Positions 23,556 through 42,512 of a stretch of 64,000 nucleotides of DNA are shown in pieces. The notes under the pieces are model-generated. The model was not told where the DNA came from and made no database searches. It worked only from the letters and a program-made list of their open reading frames with translations. Position 1 is the stretch's first letter, and every line of letters starts with the position of its first letter. The position numbers and the translations under genes are program-made. The DNA lies in contig JBHGNT010000021.1 in assembly GCA_043228905.1 (NCBI GenBank), positions 12,338,001 to 12,402,000 of the forward strand. The letters run 5' to 3'. Source of the DNA: Azolla caroliniana (lineage: Eukaryota > Plantae > Polypodiophyta).

Positions 23556-26500
23556 GAAGTGCGGCGGCGTGAGGTCTGCTAGACCTATCAGCAACCGGCG
23601 ACACTTGCCGGCTGATTGAACCACCAACGCGTATAACGACTCAATCAAGGAGCATACTCGGGAGAGATGAAAGAAGAGACTCTCTGAACACAGATAACAT
23701 GGATAACACAGACAACACAGATAGGCGGAAACAAGAAATTCTATTACAATAACAGAGGTAATTACAACGGTTGCAACCCTGTAGAGGATGATGATAGAGG
23801 AAGAGAGAGCTCGGTTCCCAGTCTGACAACGCCTCCTCCTTCCCTCCAAAAACGTAATCCCCTTCTTCTTTCCCCCTTCTCCTTTATAGGTCCCAAGGAG
23901 CCGTTACATCGAAATATGTTAACTTTATTCTCAATCCCTTTGGACAGAGATACGCATTGATTTCCTAATATCTAATACCTAGTAAGTTACATCAGCCGTC
24001 CTATTCCTAGTTATATACAATGTATCAAATCGTGCACACTCGTGCAAAGGCGGGTTCACGCCTTTAATTCTTCAATTCTTCTTAGGGCCGGTTTTCTTCA
24101 CGACAACGGCCGAGTCTCCAGTACTAATTGGCTCTTCATTTGGTTGGCCATCTCGGCCCAACCCCTCATTTGGCCCACTTAGCCGAAATGAGATTGGACT
24201 TTCTGTCAGAGCTCCGATATCCGCATCACGCAAAGGCATCTTAGCCTCACTAACCTCTTCTTCAGAATTTGAAATGGAATCATGAGGTATTGGAGGTGAA
24301 GGCAAGTACCACGAAGCAGACTCGTCGAATACGACATCTCGGCTTATGCAAACTTCCTTTGTTCAAGGGTTATCAAACTTATACCCCTTCTGCACGTCTG
24401 AATAGCTGACCAAGATACACTTCTCGGCTTTGGCATCCAGCTTCCTCCTATTCTCCTTCGGCACATGCACATACACAATGCTGCCAAAAATCCTCAAGTG
24501 TGCCAAGTTCGGCTTCATTCCGAAATACAACTCGTGTGGCGACACTCCTCCATTAGCAGAAGTCCGATTCTGCAAATAAACAATCGTCCTTACGGCTTCA
24601 GCCCAGTAAAACTTCTGCATATGCTTCTCTTCAAGCATTGCCCTGGCGGTTTCTTCAATCGTCCGATTTTTCCGCTCGGCTACGCCGTTCTGCTCCGGCG
24701 TATATCTACACAAGAATTCACGTCGAATTCCCTCCTTCTGTATATAAGTCGTGAACTGGTCGGAGAAGTACTCCTTCCCGCCATCAGACCGTAGGCTCTT
24801 GATCTTACACCCTATTTCCCTTTTCGCAAGGTTTTTCACCTTCAGGAACCACACGAAGACTTCGCTCTTTTTAGCAATCAAGCACGCCCAAGTATGCCGA
24901 ATGAAGTCATCGATGAAGGTTACGAAGTAACGACTTCCATAGAGACTCACATTTTGTGTCGGTCCCCACACATCCGAATGGATCAAATCCAACAAATTTC
25001 GACTACGATTACGCTCATTGGGGAATGGAAGTCGGTGATGCTTCCCGAGTTGGCAGGCTTCGCAAACTTGGCCATTACGGCCCCAAAATTTCGGCAAGCC
25101 AAAACCAATGTTCTTCGTTTGCATTTCACGAAGCCATGGGAAGTTAATGTGGCCGAACTATTTGTGCCACAGTTCGATGTCTGACTCGACCTTTTGTCCT
25201 TTCGCGAACAGCGTGGTTTCGGCTTGATTGGTGTCGAGGATAAACATCCTCCCTTCATGACACCCTTGTGCGATAACTTGGTCTTCCTCTTCGATGTAGC
25301 ACCCGAGGTGCGTGAATCGAACTTGCATCCCCTGGTTGACGATCTGACTGACTAACACCAAATTCTTGGTTATTGTTGGGATGAGCAACATGTTCATAAG
25401 TTTCCCTTTCTACTCGACGTGGCTGAGAGGAACTTCTCCGACATGTTCGATGGTATGCGGAGTATCGTCTCCCGTTTCGACCACTCCTTGCTTTTCCGGT
25501 TTCTCCAAATACAAGAACCATTCCTCATGACTCATCATATGATTTGACGCTTTGGAATCAACATACCACATCTCGCTCGATTTCGAGGTGTTCACGGCCA
25601 TCGAATTGGCCTAGTGCTTCATTACGAAGGCTGGGCCTGATCCATTTACGACTTGTTCAGAGCCTTCGACGTAGTGTGATTTCTGACACCTTCCTGCGTC
25701 TCTTCTTCTCTATTCGGGTTTGTCCAAATCGACTCTCTTCTTCCAACACTCACTCTCCCTGTGGCCTTTCTTGCCACAGTACCAGCATTCCGTTGCGGCC
25801 TTCTCTTGCCAGCTTTTGGTGCCGTTGTGACTCCCCCTGCTTCCGGAGGGTTCAGAATTGCTTCCGGCATTTCAATTATGCCACACGTTCTACTCTTTTT
25901 AGCCGCCTCCATTGCGTGCCGATCCGCGTTGTCTGCCACGACTACGGGGCCTATCTTCCTTCGTGTACAACATCTTGTTGTCGGTATGTGTACTCGTTGA
26001 CGCACCCGCGTGATTTTCCTCCACGAGAAACATCGATTGAAGCTCGAAGAACAAAGGCGTAATCTCCCTTGTGCAGACCACTGTCTAGAACGCTCCAAAC
26101 TTTGATGCTAACCCACCAAGACAAACCTGCACCATTTTGTCCTCCTCAACGTTCACCATGCAAATACTCTTGGGATTCGCCCATGCAACCTTTTGCGTCT
26201 TAGCATCCCGAATGTAGCTCAAAAGTTGGTTGCTCACACAGGACGCAAAGCAGTAAAGAACTCTGCTTGCCGCATGTTCCCAAGCCGAAAAATCTCTGTG
26301 TGTCGATTCGGGTGCTACATCATTAGCTCCTTCAACATAACTCCAGTAACCATGACCAAGCAAATACTGGTGTATCTTGTATGACCAAGATGCGTAGTTG
26401 CTCCTGTCAAGCTTCTCAGTCGATAGCGAGCTTCCCATTCCTCTATCCATATTGTTGTCTTATCCTTTCCGAAAAACAATAACTTAACTCTGTCTTTATC

Positions 26501-27699
26501 GCAAGCTTATCTATCAGTTGCAGAGGAGTCTCAACCCTCGTGCTCTGATACCATGTAAAAGAATACGTGTGCGGAAGCGTATGCGTAAGACACTGAGTAC
26601 ACGGTTCAGAATTACGACAGTTTGATAAAACACACAAATCACAGAGAAGGAGAGGGAGAGAGAGAGAGCAGAAAACGTAACTATATTCAAAATAATTCTT
26701 TGTATGTTCTCTGTACATACTTGGTGCTCAGTGAGCACCTTTTATACAAGCCCTAACTATCGGGCTAACACAAGTACTTACAATACCTGACTGCTCATAA
26801 ATGAGCATCCTACACTTACCCCCAAAATTATTCCTTACGAGGAATAGAATTCTAACGGCCTCTCAGTTTACATACCGTTATGACCATTTTTTGTGTACGG
26901 TTTTACGCACCCAGTCTACGCACTGGGTTACGCACCCGTTTACGCTCCAAATTTTGAGCTTGTTTCTCAACATCGAGTATACATACATGGATCGAAGTCG
27001 AAGTATCCAAGTTGTCTGATGTAGGAGTCAAACTTTTGGTACCACATCCTCGACACTTGTTTTAAGCCATAAAGGTTTTTTTTCAATCGACATACGAGGT
27101 GAGCTTCCTCCCCCGTCACCGTGAAGCCTGCCAGTTGAGACATGTAAATGTCTTCTTCCAGATCTCTATGTAGGAATGTCATCCATATGTCCATCTACTC
27201 GAGCTCTCGGTCTTCTATCACCACGACCCCTAGTAGGAGCCAAAGGGTGATAATCTTAACTACTGGTGAGAATATCTCATCGTAGTCGACCCCATGTTCC
27301 TGTTTGAATCCCTTCACGACGAACCGAGCTTTGTATTTGGGTTTCTCACAGTCAAATACATATTTGTATCTGAAGACCATTTGTAGGGTAGCGACTTCCT
27401 TCTGGTTGGTAGTTCGATCAGCTCCCTTGTATTGTTTTGATGGATTGAGTCCATCTCGAATCTCAGGACTTGTAGCCATGTATCGTCTTCTGGTGCGGCT
27501 ATAGCATTTTCATATGTGCTTGATTTGCCTGCGTTCATGTAGTTGATGTAGTTGAGGCATGATTGGTAGAACCCTGTTGGCCTTCGAACTCGTCCAGATC
27601 TCCTGGTTGCCATATTGGTCTGTTCGGATCCTTCGATTGGCTCTGTTAGCCGATTGACATGTGTTGAACCTGTCAAGATTCGAACTCTTGACACGACCA

Positions 27700-28019
27700 T
27701 GTTATAATATAGTATCATGGGTTAACCAATATATCTAGTACACAATTATGTATGTAATTGGTCCTTATTGTTTTGCTAGCATCATGTGCATAGTTGCTCC
27801 CTTGTAGTATTTACACTTGGCACATGCATGCATACCTACATGCTCTATTGTAGATTCACATGTGTGCAACAAGTATGCATGCCATGTAGTATAAATAGAG
27901 GAATTCACCTTGAAGGAATTCAAGGTGAACAACACCAGTTATGGAATCTTTCCGTTAATACTAGTCATCCATTTGTCTATCTTCTTCTTATCTCTTGAGC
28001 TTATGATCTATCCGTGACA
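27700..28019 (+). mobile_element. Probable solo LTR G (320 bp) in element A
   Basis: AT-rich TG..CA block with tataaatag interrupting A coding sequence; TSD imperfect (gacca/gtacca). Confidence 0.55.
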
Positions 28020-28410
28020 GTACCACTTAAGTCAAGAGTCTTGTTGGATGACTCGTCCTAGTAGTAGGATTTCGACAATGTCACGTCATCCCCCCCTTCT
28101 TCAGGATTGATTGACTTGGCAACTTTTGCCTTTGACATATTGTCTTTGTTGGCTCTTGTCAATCTCGTCGTCGAACTATTTTCGACTAGTGGACCTCTTG
28201 CCGATTAGGAGTCGACTAGGGTGGTGTTGGCTCGGTCGAGTTCGACTTTTTGTCGTATCTATGATTCGGCCGAGTGGGTTGGTCTTTCTACGACTTCTCT
28301 ATCGATTTCGAAAGAGACCTTTTTGCCCAATATTTTCTATTGGTTCCTCTTAGAGAGAATAGAGTCTTCATTGAAGACTACATCACTACTCCGTATCAAT
28401 TTCCGGTTCT

Positions 28411-29118
28411 TGTTAGGAAACAGGTCCCTCCGGATGGGAAGTGAGAAGAACAGTGTTGATGAGCAACTCGGCCAAGGCCGAATCCGGATGACGAGTACCC
28501 AACAATGGAAGACCCGATGAGAACCGGATGACGAGTACCCGGCAACGGAAGACCCGGTGAGAACCGGATGACGAGACCCGGCAAAAGAAGACCCGGTGAG
28601 AATCGGATGTTGCAGGCCCGATGAGAACCTCTCATCGGATGGAAGGGACATATATGTAAATATGTTCCAGAGAGCCCTCTGGGGCTATATTTGTAAATAG
28701 CCCGAAAGTCATATTAGTATAAATATGACCTAGGGCAAACTTAATAGTGTATGATGTAGAGTTGGTTATGTTATTATCGTTGTGGCGATAATTCAGAGCG
28801 TAACTGTGTACAGAGAAGAGAGAGAGAGAGAGAGAGAGGAAGAGGTTGTTGCCGCTGTTGTAACCGCCTGGTGGCGAAGTGAGGGAGCAAGAGGTCATCG
28901 CCTCTGTGCCCCATTGTTGTAATCTTGATATAGTGATATTTTGCAGTCTGAGGGTTGCCGTGGTTTTTCCCAGATTTGGGTTTTCCACGTTAACATCCAG
29001 TGCACTCTCTTCTTTACTGTTTCGTGTGTAGATACATCTCACCACATCCCTATTTTATGTGCTTGATCCGACGTCTCGGTTGTAGCCGAGCATAGCTTAG
29101 GAAACCGTATTCCTTTCA
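28411..29118 (+). mobile_element. Solo LTR H (708 bp), related to the E LTR
   Basis: TG..CA, perfect TSD gttct; host reads YRLWDLEN|RKLIRSSDVVF; shares the TATA-region block and gggttttccacgttaa with the E LTR. Confidence 0.9.
28483..28610 (+). repeat. ~40-bp tandem repeat (x3) in U3 of solo LTR H
   Basis: Unit ccggatgacgagtacccggcaacggaagacccggtgagaa. Confidence 0.9.
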
Positions 29119-31646
29119 GTTCTCTAGGTCCCATAGTCGATAGCCAATGTCCGCATCGGTTCCATAACCGAGAAATATGCATTTTATCTCATAGGATGCC
29201 AATTTGGTCCTTTTCTCCCTGGGCATGAATGCGTAGGCTTCGCATCCAAATATACATAGCCTATCGTAGGTCGGTTTTTTGCCTGACCATAGTGCATGTG
29301 GCACTTCAAGCCTAATTGCGTTTGACGACGACAGGTTGATTAGATATATTGTAGTCTACAATGCTTTGGCTCAAAACTCCAGCTTTTTGGAGCATTGCCG
29401 TCACCCTTTCCTGGATCGTTCAGTTGATCCGTTTAGCCACTCCATTTTGCAAGGGTGTGTTATGGAACGGTCTTTTGGTGCCGGATCCCTTAGTCGGATA
29501 GTTACTGTTTGAAGGCTCGGGAGCTGTACTCACCTCCGTTGTCGGATCAGAGTGTCTTCACTCTATATCCCAACCGGTTCTCCACTTGAGCTATCCACCG
29601 AGTGAAGACCTTGAGCGCTTCGTCTTTTGACCTAATTGAGTAGGCCCAGACTTTTCGTGTACAGTCATCAACAAAAGTGATGAAGTACCGGGAGCCACAT
29701 AGTGATCTTTCGGGCATAGGCCGGCATATATCTGTGTGCACGAGCTCTAAGGGTTGTCGTACCATCTCATAGTAGAAAGAGTATGGACTTTAGGTCTGTT
29801 TCCCGTAGAGACAATGCTCACAGAAGTCCTTCTTTGCTTGGAGTTTCGGAATGTAGCCAACCGCCATCAGCTGATCGAGTCCAGCTTGAGACATATGGCC
29901 AAGTTAGCCATACCATAAGTTTGGGTCGGTCTTTTCGGCTACGTTTACGGCCCCTTCTGGATTGATCGCCATCATTGGGTACAAGTTGTTGTACTATGCT
30001 TGCTTCTGATTCTTAGATTTCCTTAGCTGATCATCCATGCCAACTCATTGGGAGTCGTTTTGCACTCGTCTTCGGCTAACATGCTGATGGAGACTAGAGT
30101 CCTTTTTAGTGCGGGCATGTGCCGAACTTGGTGTAGGGTGATCATGTTGCCATTTGACAATCAGATTAGTACTTCACCAAATCCTGCAATTCTACACTCC
30201 TGCCCATTGCCTAGTCGGACTGCGCCATTGGCTTCGGCTGAATAGTTTGAAAACCATTTGATATTTGGGTTCACATGGAATGTGGCACCGGAATCTAGCA
30301 ACCACGTAAGTGCATCTTGCGCACTATAGAGGACTTCTCCAATCATCGAATCCTCTAAGGAGAGAATTTCTCCGGATTGGGTGTCGGCAACATTTACTTG
30401 GTTGCCGACTGGAGAGTGGTTTGAGCCGGATCGTCCTCGATTCCGCTCGGATCGCTGACCACTCTCTTTCCTCTTGATCGACCAACAGTCAGAAACATTA
30501 TGATGGGCTTTTCTGCAATGGGTGCAGAATTCGCCTGATCAACTCGTTTTAGACTTCGACTGTTGTTGGTTCCCCCTCGTTCTTGACCGATTGGTATTCC
30601 GACCGGTCGGCTTGTTCTCTTGATCAATTGAATCAGTTGATTGACTTGGTCGAGTGGTGGGCTTCTGCCGACTCGTCGATGGTGAGTTCCATCGATTTTC
30701 GCCGAATGTCCTCTGTCAGGACTGGCCCACCGTTTCCTCTAGATTTAGATTTGGTCAGCTATTGGCAAATGTTGTGTAGAATACCTCTTAACTCACCAGC
30801 AAGCTCAATAGGAGGGCATGGGCTTTCACTTCTTCTTCGAAGTTGATCCCTTGTGAGGAGAGTTCAAACAACACGCGACTGAAGGTGTTGATGTGGGAGG
30901 TTGCTGGATCAGTCTCTCTCATCTTCATGTTGAATAGTTATTTGATCAATATCAGTTTTGATGATAAGGACTTCTTCTTGTATATAGCTTGTAGCTAGTG
31001 AGAAGTTTGTCGCCTCTTTTGTCATGCTGAAATAGATGTTTTTAGCTAGGTGCATTCGAATGGTGGAGCGAGCAATTTCGTATATTGATCTCCACTCTTC
31101 GGTTGTCATTGAGGCAGGTTTTTCACTATGTCGAACTATGTCGAATGGCTTCGACTTGTCTTCGAATGATCAACATGTCTTGCATCATCTCCTTCCACAC
31201 GAACTTTCAGATTTCAACTCACGTTCCAGATGTTGTAGTCATGTTCTTTGAATTCTATTCACTAACTTGGTCTTTTCTTTCAGCTGTAGGGTTTCCTCTT
31301 CTTGACTTTTCTGCTATTCGTCACCACTGAACAATAGGTCGCTCGGATACCAGTTGTTAACAGATATGCGCGGAAGAATGGGTGAGTACCTGATTGTTTA
31401 TGAACAACAAACTACACATATATGCAACACAAGAAGAAAATTGTAAATCGACAAACGTTAGGGCTTTAATGGAGGTTCACGTTATTCTATAACTCTCTCT
31501 CTATGAGACTTAGGAAGAATACAAAAGGTGTTTTCGGATATATCTTACTAGGACCAAATGGTCAGAACAAGGAGTGCATAAGGATAGGCACACGACGGTT
31601 AGAGAGTAGTTAAGCTAAACAAGAGAAAGTAGGCAACATACACTAA

Positions 31647-31679
<33 letters not shown>

Positions 31680-31875
31680 TATGTTTTTATTAAAAAGAGG
31701 GTGGTGGTCTTACACAAACTAGTTTTGATCCATGATGGAGCTCTTCAGTGCAAAGACCATTACAACAAGAGAATGTGATTAATAAAGGGGTGGGGAGGAA
31801 GAGGGAGTGAGAGAAAAGGAGTGGGGAGGATTTGATTTGTGTAGTAGATGAGATAGAATAGGATGTGGTGATGAG

Positions 31876-31882
<7 letters not shown>

Positions 31883-31930
<48 letters not shown>
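31883..31930 (+). repeat. (TG)n microsatellite
   Basis: Direct reading; a (TG)n(AG)n tract also lies at 31648-31679. Confidence 0.95.
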
Positions 31931-31934
<4 letters not shown>

Positions 31935-32031
31935 TGATAGGGAGTGAGAGAGGGAGAATGAGTGTAATGATGATGATGAGGGGGGAGTTCTTAATGTCAT
32001 GAAAAAGGGGTTTTTGGATGGCGGTATAATA

Positions 32032-32194
32032 TTAAGTGGGGGATGTGGGTGGATTTTTTGAAGCTTAGTCTTAAGTGGGGGATTTGGGTGGATTGATTGA
32101 AAATTTAGTTTGTAGTGGGGGATATGGGTGGATTGTTTGAAAACTTAGTTTTAAGTGGGGGATTTGGGTGGATTTTTTGAAAACTTAGTCTTAA
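32032..32194 (+). repeat. ~40-bp minisatellite, 4 copies
   Basis: Unit ttaagtgggggatttgggtggattttttgaaaacttagtc. Confidence 0.9.
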
Positions 32195-32199
32195 TTAGG

Positions 32200-33790
32200 A
32201 GAGCCTGTATGGACTTAGATTTTGTCCAACATATGAAGGGCCGGCTTGCGACGCGACACGGTTCCGATAGATTGTCAGAAACCTCATATATTTGACTATC
32301 ACCCAACCAGATCTTAGTTATCCGGTTGAACTGATTTGTCAATTTATGTCGCAGCCAACATCTAATTACCTCTTGTGTGCGCATCGGATATTGCACTACG
32401 TTAGCGGCACAAAGGATCGCGAGATGTTGTATCAGACCGATGTAGTTAAACAATTAATCAGCTATACAGATATCGATTAGGCCGAAAATGCTGGCAATCG
32501 TTGATCGATGTCCGGATATGCATTCTCTTTGGGAAACGTGATGATTGCCTGGTGTAGCAAAAAGCAACCAATAGTGGCATTCTAGAGCACCGAGGCAGAA
32601 TACAGAGGAGCAGTTGTTGCAACATGCGAAGCCATTTGGCTCAAGCCACTACTAAAGGATCTACGGGTGGAGGTCTATGATCCGATGATGATCTATTTTG
32701 ACAACCTCAATAGTATCCAATTACCTAAAAAACCTGTCTTCTACGCTCAGACAAAGTACATTGAAGTGCACGAGCAACTTCTCAATGGTGGTGTGGAACT
32801 ACACTATGAGTACATTGAAGTGCGCGAGCAAGTTCTCAATGGTGGAGTGGAACTACACTATGTTTCAACTGATCAACATGTGGTCGACATCTTCACCAAA
32901 CCTCTTGGACTAGACAAGTTGCGGCAATTCTTGAGCATGATCGGTTTACAACACCTTGACTTGCCGAACTTGAGGGGGAGAGATGAAGAGAGAATAGGTG
33001 ATAATGGACCTGATGACAAGGAGAGATCGGATGGGAGTAGCGAAGAAGACGAGTCAGAGCCAAAGCCAACCGAAGGTAAGGGGAGAGTTTAAGAAGAAGA
33101 CGAATCAAAGACAACCAAATTGGGTAGTGGAGATGATTTGGGTTAACCGAGTTCAAGAGGATTGACGGATCAAGGGGTGTTGAAACCGTAGAGGCAAGAA
33201 GAAGGCCAACGAGGGGCTAAGGAGTAGACAAGCCGACCATATAGGTCAAGGAGCGCGGGCTGAGAGGCAAGTTGGTAGAAGGAGCCTAGGCAAAGAACCG
33301 ACAGAGTAGAAGGAGGAACCTCAAGTTGAGCTTGAAGGGGAGTGTTGAGAGACAAGCTCAACATGAGCAGAATCGACTATAGGCCGGTAGGACAGATTAG
33401 CTAAGGAAGCTGACAACTGAGTCGGTTGGAAGGATTGACTAGATAAGTTGAAGTCAGAGTGGCTGAAGAAGTCGGCATGCCGTTAGGGCCTATATTCCTA
33501 TTCTTCGTAATAGGAATATTTTAGGCAGTCAGTGTCAGATGCTCATTTAGGAGTATTCAAGTACTTGTTAGTACTTGTGTCAGCCCGTTATCAGGGCTTG
33601 TATAAAAGTGCTCACTGAGGACACTTGTATGTACCGAGAACATTTTGAATAGAATTTTTTCTTGTTGTTTGCTAACTCAATCTCCTGTATGTGTGCATTT
33701 TCCATCTCTTTGTTTACCTAATTTTCTTCTGGTGCCCAACTGGCCGGGTGTGTCATGTGTAGTAGCTTCCACATACACTATTCTTTTACA
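32200..33790 (+). mobile_element. Copia element Z, 3' part (RT end, RNase H, 3' UTR, 3' LTR 33343-33790)
   Basis: ITQPDLSYPV, YTDID, DIFTKPLG; PPT cttgaaggggag; LTR tgttgagagacaagctcaac...ttcttttaca is the reverse complement of B-type LTR termini. Linking it to 1540-2405 is an inference from orientation and family. Confidence 0.8.
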
Positions 33791-34231
33791 TACTGATATA
33801 GGGTTGACCTAGAATGATTGGGTAAAAAGACTTATCTTGAACAAAGAAATTATGATCTATAGGAACATCCCCCTACAGTTAGTTTAATGTTGGGGCATGC
33901 GGAAAAGAGTCACGTGGTCGACGAAAAGCACAAAGCAACTTCGTACATCATCAATGTGTTCGGAATCGTAACAGTGATCTGCACAGGGAGTCACGTTCAT
34001 GGCATCAAAGGCGATGAAAGAAAAGGAGAGAGGAGAGATGTAGATGTAGATGGAGTTGATTCAAGTTCTCATTTGATTCGATCGGATCGATGGATCGATA
34101 GGTGGCAAGCATGAATGAGCACAAGAATTGTAGAGAAGAGGAAGAGGAAGGAAGAATGGGCATAAACAAAGGAACAAAGAGCATTCATTTGGGCATATGC
34201 GGAGCATCACAAAGGAAACAACACAACAAAT

Positions 34232-34233
<2 letters not shown>

Positions 34234-34307
<74 letters not shown>
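34234..34307 (+). repeat. Compound (AC)n(CT)n microsatellite in the S6K promoter/5' UTR region
   Basis: Direct reading, ~300 bp upstream of the ATG. Confidence 0.95.
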
Positions 34308-34310
<3 letters not shown>

Positions 34311-34611
34311 CTCTCTGTCTCTGTTTTCTCTGTCTCTGTTTCTCTGTCTGTGTCTCATCTCCCCAAACAAATTGAGAGATACAAGAGAAACACACAGAGA
34401 TTCTTCTTCGTTTCTTCCTGTTTCAGCAGGCAGGGGGCGCAATGTAATCCCCAGGGGAGACTTCCAGCCAGACAGCCCTTCATCTGTGGGTGTGCTGTGC
34501 CATTTCTTCTCTGAACAGAATACCCTCTTCTTTTTTTCGCCTTCTCCCTCTGTGGGTAATGTAAAACGTTTGCCCCTTTTCTCTTGGTAGCTTTCTTCTC
34601 CCTTTTTCCCC

Positions 34612-41789
<7,178 letters not shown>

Positions 41790-42338
41790 AGCTTTAACGC
41801 AGTTCTTCACATGTAAGTTTCAAATATGATTTGTTTCACGAGACAAACTAGTTAGTTTGCAACACGTAAATTAGCTTGGTTGTGAACGTGAGTTGGACAC
41901 TAAAGGAACTTTGGCTGAGATATCCATTCAACCTTGCCACTATTCATTCATCCGTATATATGATTGAAGCGTCGACGAGAAATGGTTTCCTGACCATTTG
42001 TATCAAAACCCTTTTTATTTTACACATGAAATCATACTCTTTGAGGTCTGTAGGTACAGTCTATATGTAATTCACTAGCCTATTTTGGTGTGCTGACTTT
42101 GTATGTATTGATTCAAAAACTTTGTATTATATAAAATCTACCTATTGACATTAGCAAAAATTCATTTTGTTTTGTATACAACGGATTTTCTTCTCTTCCT
42201 GTCACACAAATCAACTAGATTAGTTTGGAGTTTCCATTGTAGGCGAACACATTATGCTCCAAGCTTATTAATCTTTCCCATCTACCCTCACACTTAACAA
42301 GATACCCTTCATTTTTTATACATAGCAGCACCTTCAAA

Positions 42339-42512
42339 TTTGCATAGATTTGATTATTTTATACATTGATCTATATAGAAACACATGGAGCTTTCAAAAC
42401 ACGTAGTAGCACTTGCACATTTGCATAGATTTGATTATTTTATACATTGATCTATATAGAAACACATGGAGCTTTAAAAACAAGTAGTAGCACTTGCAAA
42501 TTTGCATAGATT
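42339..42512 (+). repeat. ~80-bp tandem duplication (two copies plus a partial)
   Basis: tttgcatagatttgattattttatacattgatctatatagaaacacatggagc... is repeated. Confidence 0.9.

Larger units (their letters stand above)
18152..24105 (-). mobile_element. Solo LTR F (~621 bp once E is removed), probably Gypsy, inserted in B
   Basis: tgtcac...cacgaca termini; TSD acgg at 18148-18151 and 24106-24109. B reading frame is restored on removal (GDSAV|LSPRKEPRR). TATA cctataaagg on minus near 23885. Confidence 0.8.
3887..26972 (-). mobile_element. Copia element B (decayed), host of C/D, F/E and a solo LTR
   Basis: TG..CA LTRs at 3887-4287 and 26554-26972; TSD ccgag/tcgag; PBS tggtatcagagc at 26542-26553; PPT cttgagggggag at 4288. 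Gag (26450), protease WYVDS, integrase 24363-25124, RT 17035-17975 and RNase H 5499-6240. Confidence 0.9.
2406..31532 (-). mobile_element. Copia element A (decayed), host of B and of solo LTRs G and H
   Basis: LTR copies start tgttaacagatatg at 2406 (to ~2833) and at 31355 (truncated ~31532). tRNA-iMet PBS tggtatccgagc at 31341-31352 (minus); PPT gagcaggagg next to 2833. Fragments of gag, protease (WLLDSGATFH), integrase (LELVHTDI), RT (YVDDM) and RNase H (GYTDSD) lie in Copia order. The RT reads DPCMYTR|QLAD across the B insertion. Confidence 0.85.

Noticed and set aside
27671-27693. TGTCAAGA-GTTCGAA-TCTTGACA B-box-like hairpin (minus strand) in element A
   Set aside because: A single occurrence in Copia linker sequence with no A box at tRNA spacing; may be chance.
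32032-32194. CRISPR-like array (also 28483-28610)
   Set aside because: Head-to-tail repeats with no unique spacers, no cas genes, and a eukaryotic context.
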